From a virus (Duplodnaviria; Caudoviricetes), in IMG/VR virus record IMGVR_UViG_3300034062_003341, positions 1-25,446 of that record: a stretch of DNA of 25,446 nt; one strand, given 5' to 3'. Numbering within the stretch: the first letter of the stretch is position 1; each line of letters opens with the position of its first letter. Shown here piece after piece: positions 6,876 to 15,800 of this stretch. The notes under the pieces were generated by a model. That model saw only the letters and a list, made by a program, of their open reading frames with translations, made no database searches and was not told where the DNA came from. The translations under genes and the position numbers were made by a program.

Positions 6876-9800
6876 ACTGCTTCATCCTATTTGTGATCTG
6901 CTGCTCGATGATTTTCACGGACTCTCGCGAGGCTCCGCGCTCCACCATTTCTCTCTTGCGCTTGCGCAGATCCTGCACTTGGCGATAGACCCTGCTGGCC
7001 TGGGTGGCCAGCCGGGCGTCAGGGTTCTCGCGCAGATACTCCCCAGTGGGCTCCCGGCGCAAACGCCTGCCCTGCAGCTCGTTGTTGTGGACGTTCATCT
7101 TGCGGATGTTATCGTAGAAGGCACTGGCCTCTGCTGCACTGCCAGTGGTCTTGCCATACAGCCTGCCTGCCAACGGGATCTGGTAAGGCGGCAAGTCTTG
7201 CCCGGTCGCCAGCGCACTGATGGTCTGCTCAACCTTCATCGACTCCCGACCCACGCCTCCTGTAACCTGCCCTATCAGGTAATCCAACTGGTCCGGTGTG
7301 GGGCTAACCCCTCCCGGTGCAAAATCCGTCCCCCCTGAAGCCAGGTTCAAATAGTACGAAAGTTGGTTGCTGAACCAACTGGCGGTGTCCCTTCCCCGGA
7401 GGTAGCCGGGAGTTGGGTCCAGGCTGTTCAGATCCTCTCGCGCGATGGGGTTGCCCGTCCAGTCTCGGTTCTCCCACAAAGCCACAAAAGGGTCTGCCAG
7501 CGTGGGGGCAATAGTCTGCCCAGACCACCCTGCGTTGCCGATCGGGTTGAACATGTCGAAGAAGGCCGTCGTTATTTCGATCGCCCTCTCAGGAGTGTTC
7601 TCGAACCCGGACAGTGCCCACTCTGTGGCGATGCGGCTGGTGTTGGGGATCACGTTGAAACCCAAAGGCATCGGGATTGCGATGTAGTCTCCCCCGCCTA
7701 TCGGGATCACGATGTTGCGCTCGCGAATGAACTTCGGGGGCTCGTCTTCGCCGAAGCCAGCGGCAGCCATCATAAGAGCCTGTGCGGACCCCAGGAGCAG
7801 GCCGCCGTACATGATCTTCTTGCCGGCAGGGCCGGTCAGCGTCTCGGCCAGGCGGGCGGTACCTTGCACGGCGGCGTTGAAGAAAGCGAACAGCGCGCCG
7901 GCTTGCGTAGCGCGCTGCCCTTTCTTGTTGAAGTTGACCGTCAGGTTCTTGGCCATAGCCGCCGCACGGTCTTTGCTCATGCCGTTGTCCAGCCCCACCT
8001 TGTAGGCAGATAGCCGCACCGCGTTCTCCATGGCGGTGTTGTAGTCAGACAGCCAGTCGAGGACTGCGCGGCCGGCCTTCTTGGCGGTACCGTTGGTCAG
8101 CGCCTTGAGCTCTTTCTCCAGTGCCTCCTTGCGTTCCGTGCTCTGGCTGAACTGGTCTCTGAAACCCGTCTGCCCGCCTGCACCCTGGAACTCCTCCCAC
8201 AGCTGCGCCCACTGGCCGGTGCCGGCTCCTGTGCGCAGGTCCCTGTAGATCCCGTTTAGAGCCGGCAAAGTGTTGGCCAGCACTTGCGTCTTTTTGTTTG
8301 CGATCGGGGTAGTGGACAGGTTGAGCAAGCCGCCCTGCACGTCACGCGTGAAGTTGATCACGCCGAAGATAGGGTTGTACTGGGTGTTCACACTGGAGAA
8401 CCAGCGGGTCCCTTTAGCCGCTATGCTCATCGCCCGGCCAAGCTGGTCAGCGTCAAGGTTTTTCAGCGACAGGGCCATCCGCTCGGCCTGGGGGTTCTGC
8501 GGGTTCAGAATCAGGTAGCGATCCTTTCCGTTCACCCGTGTGGCGATTACGTTCGCGGAGCTGCGCAGGAAAGGGTTCACCCTCGAAGTCACCAGTCCCG
8601 TTCTGGGGTCAGGGTAGGTCTGCCTCGGTTCTTGCGCGATGTTGTTGGCTTCTATCGGATTGATCCCCATGCCGACCAGCTCAGCAGCCAGGGCCTGCGG
8701 GTTTTTAATTCCGTCAGGGTTAATCGGCAGCCAGAAAGAAGGCGACGGATTCTTCAGAGACAGACCGTATAATGCCTGGCTGACCCTGTTCTTCTCCGCC
8801 CGGACGATCGCCCTTTCGCGTTGCATTACGACGTTGGCCAGGATGTCCACGACCTTGCGGGTAGCTGAGCCAGTCGCACGCTTGGACGCGGACCCGCGCA
8901 CACTGACGCCTTGCCCCGTGCCCGCGCCTTGACCACTGAAATCGAAGTCAATCTCTTCGCGCATCAGGGGAACGTACTTACCGTACGCCCCTTCCCACGC
9001 GTCGATCGTGTCTTGGTTTTCCAGCCCAGCGTCCAGAAGAACGCGACGGGTGCCAGCGGTGATCGCATCGATCTTCCTGGCCAGGCCCTCCAGCGCCGCA
9101 CGGCGCGCTGCAGGCAGGGCCGCCATGTAGGCCTGGGCGTCAGCGGTAGTAATGCCAGAGCCCGCGTCAGGCAGCGCAGGATTGATCTTCGCAATGGCGG
9201 CGTTGCGCTCAGGAGCGTGGCGGTTGTGCAGGTATTGATCGAAGTCCTCGATCGAGACACTGTAGCGCCCCATGGCTTCGATCAGAGACTTGAGTTCAAT
9301 CTCCGCGAAGTCCTTGGTTTTGGTTGATACCTTGCCGTGGTAGAGCGTCTCTTGCAGGTACGGGTCCCACTTGTCGGCGATCTGACCGACCGCCTCGTTG
9401 ATGCTCTCCACCACCCGCTTCGTGTCAACCAGCTTGTCCTGCAGCTTGTAGATGGTGTCATCCAGCCGGCCTTGTTTGACTTGCCAAGCGGTAGCCGGTA
9501 GCGGTTTGCCGAAGATATTCTGCGCTCGGCTGAACATGGGCAACCCGGTGTCCATGACCTGGTCTTTCATTTCAGGCGTGATTGAGAAACCCCTCGCCTT
9601 GATCTTCTTGAAAGAGACCTTGGAACGGTACTCTTCGATGAGCTCATTTCTTTCGTCGGTCTCCAGCCCCCGCCAGTAAGCATCCTGCTCATCGGCGGGA
9701 ATGCCAAGCTCCGCCATGACCTGGTACCCCGTCGCCCAGCCTCTGGGGTCTCCAGGGACGTTGATTTCTACGGTCTCGACCTTTGTTCCGCCTATCTTTG

Positions 9801-12800
9801 GCAGCAGCTTGTTCAACGTCTTCGGGACGATGAAGTCGTAGAACGCTTTCATGCCCTCGCCGCCCACAGAAAGGCCTTCGCCGCTGATCTCCTTGGCTCT
9901 GAAGCGGCCACCCTTGGTACGGGGCTCTGCGTCCAGCAGCTTCTGTGCTACCTCTTTGCCGACTCTCTCGGCGATCTGTTCCGCAGAAGTTACCTTGCCG
10001 CTCACGTCGACAATCTCGTTGCCTTCCAGGTCGAAGACGGTCAAGTAGCCAGTAGAGAAGTCCTCCCCTTGGAGAGAGCTCAAAGGAGACTCAAGCTCTA
10101 TGGAGCTGACCTGCTGGGCCAGATCGTAATGCTTGGCGCTTTGCTCGCCACTGACGAAAGCGACCTTGTCGTAGCCTTGTTCGACGGCTATCGCGATGAC
10201 GCGCTTGAGCGCCAGGTTCAGCCACCCGCCTGTGGTCTGCACGAACGGCGCAGCGGGGACGGGTCTCCCGATAGCGGCGACTCCCACGAAAGACCCTTCC
10301 ATCCGAACGTAATCTTTTGCAACAGCTATCGCTTCTTCTTCGTAGCCTTCAACGGGTTTCACGCTGTAGACGTTTTTGACCAGGATTCCAGACTCGGTGG
10401 TAACTCTCCAGAAAAGATTGCCGTATTCGTCGTAGGCTTCAATTTTGGCGACCATAGGTTGGTCAAGCAGGTCCCCTTTCAGGAAGCCCTTCTCTCGGCC
10501 CTCCTGCCCCCAGTCAGACTGCAGCTCTTCGACGAACAGAACCTCATTGCCTTCGTCGTCGAGGCGGTCCTTGAGGCGGATGTGCGCCAGGACGTTTCCT
10601 TGTTCCCAATGGGTGTGTCGGTACAATGGGGCAGGGGTAGACCCGTCGGTATGCTTAACCGTCCCACCATATTCTCTTGCCAAAGAATCAAACCTGGCTC
10701 TTTCAGCTTGCGTAAGCCCTTCAAACACAACGACTTTTCGGTTTCCTGCTTCGTCTTCTATTCCGCCATAATCAAGGCTTTCAAAACCCTCCGCGCTTAA
10801 AGTGGTTAGGAAGTCGTCTACGGAATCTTCGTCAGAGAATGTGATTTCTCCCGCGTTCCCAGGAACAAAATCCGTGGGTAGCGTCAGCAGGATCTCGCGA
10901 TAGTTTTCTCCGCCGGGCACGGTGTACTTGCCGTACTTTGCGTCGCCGTCTACGCCGCGCGGCGTCCCGCCGATAGGCACCAAAGAAGTTGCAAAAGCCT
11001 CTTCTGGGTCTTCGCCGCTTTCTTCGAGCTCTTGTACCCAGTCGTCGTACGACATCTCATTGCCGTTAAACGGGCTTCGCCAGAAATCATCTGGGTACAC
11101 TTCGCCGGAGTTGCCGAGAACAACCTCACCGACCTGCACGCCATTCTCGGCCAGGAAGGTGGTGACCTGTTCACGCGTGATGGCGCCGGTCTGGGTGTCC
11201 AGCCAGTCTTCCACGCCGGACCACTCGATCTCTTCAGGGTTGATGCCCTTCTGGTTGCGCAGGAAACCTTTCCACTGCTGGGCCTGGCCTTTGGTTGGGC
11301 CTGCTTCAGCGGCGCGAGCCAGCGCGCTGTAGAGCTTGAGCGGGGACTTCTGCGCCTGGCTGAACCGGACATCCGGTATAGCAGGATCAAACGCCCCGGT
11401 GTTGCCGGTGGCGGATTTGACTTGCTCAGGACGGAAGGCGATGTAATGCGTAAGCGCTTTGTTTCCGCTGTCGATACGCTGGGCTATTACCCCGTCGAAC
11501 CCGGCTGCGATTGCATTCTCTTGCGCTGCAGCATCGCTAACAGGATTGCCGTCGTTATCTTTTCCAAAGCGTTTCCAGTAAGCCTCGACCCCTTCGGTAT
11601 AGGGGTTCTGCAAGCTCACATAAACCGGCATCGTGTTAAGAGGTGCTTGCTCAATATCCCGCGATCCCGCACCTACTGCATATTGGAAGGCTTCGCCAGC
11701 ATTATCTGTAGTGTAGATAGCTGGCCCAAACTCACCAATACGGGTCCGCTTAAAAACGTCAAAATCAGAAGCAGTGCCGTGGTACACAACCAGCGGCTCA
11801 CCGTCAGTATCAACCACCTTGCTGTCGCCGAACCAGCGCTTGAACGCAGGCGTGTCGGTCTGCGAGCGGCTGAACTGCGGCCCTCCCATTTTAGTGTAGC
11901 CGGTCTGGTCCAAGAGATAGAGCAGGTTTGTAGACTGCGACACGTCTCCGTCAGGACCGATAGTCTCCACATACACAACAGGGGTGTAAACCGTATCGTC
12001 GAACGTGTATTCAAATTCAGAAGATATAGGGTTCAGGCGGCCTGCAGGCTTGCGCATAGATGGCCCGACACGGGATAAGCTTTTAGCGATAACCCTATTA
12101 CGCCAGCGGCGCCCTCCCGCTCCCTGGGTCAAATACGTGTCTCCTACCTCTAGCCCCAGGAAACCCCCATCGGCGTCAACTTTACGAGTATTCTCGGCAC
12201 GGGTTTTAGCTGACTCTGACATTCGGGACCGGAAATCTTTAGAGAGCTTTCGCAGGTCCCGCATTTCACGGGCCTCGCTGATGTTGGTAACCCCGTCGTC
12301 GTCGCCCTGCTTACGGCTGAACGCCACGTCGCGCGCCACGATACCCCGCGAGTCAACGGCACGCTCTTCATCAAAACGCCGCGCTTCGGTCAAGGGGTAC
12401 AGAAACTTTGTGCTGCCGGGCTTGATGTCAAACGCTGAGCCCTCTGGCACCAGGTGCTCAGGCTCGAGCTCGCGGAACTCTTGCTCGTCGACCTTAATTG
12501 GCTCACCTATTTTTACCGAACCAATAAGACGGGCGGGTCCTTCTCCGGTGCGAATAATTCCAACTGTCTGGCCAACGTACGCACGCAGACTGTTGGTGTT
12601 GCGCGACTCCATGGTCTTCTCGCCATCCACAATCAAATCGGCATAAAGGTTATCGCCGTCGTTGCGAACATTGATCCCGCGTTGCGAGCGGCTAAAACGA
12701 AAATCCTCTTTGTTACCGTACACTGGGTTCTTAGCAAGAACGAGTGGGCCCACCTGGATTGCTTCGTCAGCAGACACGACTGGCTCGCGCGTGGCGCGGT

Positions 12801-15800
12801 CGTAGAAGTACGCGTGCCGGGTAGGGTCCATACCTACCTGCACCCAGTTCTTTGAACCCATAGCAAGCTTGGCAGCAGCAGCAGCTTGCTTAGGAGTGCT
12901 TGGTTTCCAGTCGCCCTTCATTACCGCGATGGTGGCTTTCGGTTTCCCGGAGGCGATGTTGAGCGCTGCGCTTTCAACGACGCCAAAGGTAGGGTTTGTC
13001 ACCGAAGCTACGCTCTCGTAACCGATCGACTTGCCGGCAGCAAAGCCTGGGATCTGATCGTGGACAGAGACGACCCACACGCCGTGGTTGGCGTAGGCCG
13101 GAATGTCCAGGCGCAGACCGACCGGGTCTCCGGCCTTAAGCGTTTTACTGGGCACGCCGATTCGATCAAGTTTGTCAGACGTCAACGCGCGTTGGATGTC
13201 AGCAGGCTTTGCTGGCTCCGGAACCTCGGTGTACGGGGTCACCGGTTTAATTGCATCTACAAGCTCGCTGTACTCAGCGCTCGTAACCGTTCCTTCCTTC
13301 ATCCCCTGAGCGGCTTGCTCGAGACGTGGATCTCTGGCCAGAACGTCGCCTTGCTTACGGCTGAACTTCGGTGTCAAACGCTCCATCTCACGGTTTTGCA
13401 GAGCTACCGCACGGTCGTAATCGTTCAGAACTCTGCCGTCTTTAGAGCTGTACTCGGCGTCCGTCTTGCTTGGGTCGTAAACCATGAAGACAACGTCTGG
13501 CTCGCCGTTGTTAAAAGGTCGGAACGTATCTTTGTCCCATTCGGTAGGGGCGAACTCGTCACTCCATTTGGTGCGAGCTACCGCTCGGAAGCCATGCGGA
13601 GCGTAGAACTCTGGGAGGATTGTGTCGAAAGCGTCCAGCTTGCGGCCGCCGGCAGATACCGCCAGCTCCATGATTGCACGGCCAGCGCCGCCGGTGCTGA
13701 ACACCGAGACGATGTCGCCGTCAAGTTTGATCGCCACGCCAGACTTGCCGTCTTTGGTCAAGAACATGCGCATAGCCTGGTAGTCTTCGGCCGGGTACAC
13801 GTTGACCTCAGCGCCAAACTTCAGGGTCTCTTTGTTCTCAGAAACCGCTTGCCGGAACTTGGTAGCGTTTTCAAGCGTAGATGCCAACTCGAAAAACTCA
13901 GGAGTGGCCAGGTCGTTGGCGCGGAATACCGTGCCGAGGTCTCGACCGGCTTTCCACGTTTGGGTGTAAGTGACACCCAGAGTCTTTAGAAGCCGAACTC
14001 TTCCGCCATTTGCTCCGCCGTCTCCCGCGTAAGCCCCGGATTGTTGCGCATCGCCCGCTCGATTGGCCCGAGATCGGAGGACCGCGCGTTCGCCAATGAA
14101 CTTCCTTCTTCCCTGGCGAGTAAAGCCTCCAGGCGCTGCCTGCTCCCCGGCTCCAACAGCTTGCCCTTGCGTATCGCTGCTTGCAGCTGCAGGTCGTGCT
14201 CTTCCTGATCGCTCATCTTCAACCCTCTTCAGTGCGGCGTTAATACGCCGATCGGTGATTCCTTTTTCACGAGCCACAGACGCCGCTGCGTTGGCGTAGT
14301 CTGGCGCGCTGTCATCAGCGTACCCTTCTACATCCTCATCAGTCTCCAGCCCCTGCGGATCTTCTTTGGCCGTCTCATACAAACGCTTTTCAGCATACCA
14401 TAAAACGGCTTGTAAGTCTGCCATTGTAAGGTCTTTGTACGCATCTGTCTGCCTTAAGTCGTCTAGTATGTCACCAAACACCGCACGAATGTACTTTCTT
14501 TCGTCTGGGTTTTGCGGGGCTTCTTTCTGCCCATCAAGGTATTTTGCCAGGCTGTTGCCGGCTTTACGAAGCTCCTGCCCAACCTCTGTTTTGTTAAGCG
14601 CAGAACGGATCTTTGGGTCCATAGAAGCAATTTGAACCGCGCCAGCCAGTGCGTTTACGTCGTCGGTAATCTCTTCGCCGAGCAGAGCGCTGAGCCGTTT
14701 GGCTTCAGCTGGGTCTGCCAGAACCAAACGCACGGTGTTTTGTAGCCGCGCGCGCGCTTTGGCCGTTTGCTCCGGCATGGCTTTGATCAGAGTACCGGTC
14801 CAGCGGCCCCATGTTCGGATCAGCCAACGGTCCATGGTCAGGCTGTCAAAGTTGCCGTACAGATTGGAGAAGAAACCGTTGCCGATCTTTGGTCCAAGGA
14901 TTGCGGCACCTTTTACAATTACTTCTGAGTGTTCACCGCTTGGCTTAAGCGCTTTGCTGATCCCGCTGATTTCGCTGACAGTGAAGTTGGTCTGCATGAA
15001 ATTACGCAGGCTATCTATGCCCCACTCGTTGCGAAGCGTGTTGAACAGATCCAGTGCGTCATTTATTTTTGAGCCCGCTGTGCCTACTCCGACATTGTTT
15101 GGCATGACCCCGGTGCGCTTGTACTCGCTGTACGCTCTTTCAGCCAGCTGAAAGTTCTTGCCGACCTTGAGGCCGTTGGATGTGACGGCCAGCGCCCAGG
15201 TAAAAGCAAAGCGGGCGTTTTCATCGCGCGCGATCTCAGGGTGTACCAAAGACATCACAGCCAACGCCTGCCGAGTCTTGGTGTCGTACCAGCCAATGGC
15301 GTTTGCGTTTTGTTTGAGCGCGGCGATGGCGTCACGCAAACCTACTTCCAGCAAATATCTTCTAGTTTTTGGAGTGTCTTGCGTGGTGTCGATTCCTTCA
15401 GCCATGCCGGCGTCGAGTACCTGGCGCTGCAGTGCAACTTTAAAATCTCGCCCGCGTTGCCAGTCTTGAGACCTGGCCAGTTTACTGGCAGCGTCAAGAG
15501 AAGACGTGTCAACCAGGGGCTGCGTACGGCTGAACGCCGGAGCGGCACCTTGCGCAGGAGCAGCAGGAGCAGCAGGAGCAGCAGGAGCCTGGCCACTGGC
15601 CTTGCGGTAATTGATCAGCGCGCTCTGGGCGACCATCTTGGCCTTGTTCAGATCGCGGATGTACGTGTCGACCTTGGCGGATTCGGTCTTGCTGCGGTTC
15701 TTGGCGCCGCGCAGAGTGACCAGCAAATTGTCGATGGCAGCCAGCCAGCGCTTAACAAAGCTTTCGAAGCCGGTCGGGTCTGCTTTGGCCAGGTCCTTCC

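Noticed and set aside
6841-8013. + strand ORFs 6841-7338 and 7363-8013 as a continuation of the early operon
   Set aside because: They lie wholly antisense to the LPD38-like region, with no convincing SD or protein-like features.
14110-14127. GGFTRQG as an eighth FSR motif
   Set aside because: It does not match F-S-(R/Q)-x-Q or the DNA consensus, and it lies within the nested-ORF region.
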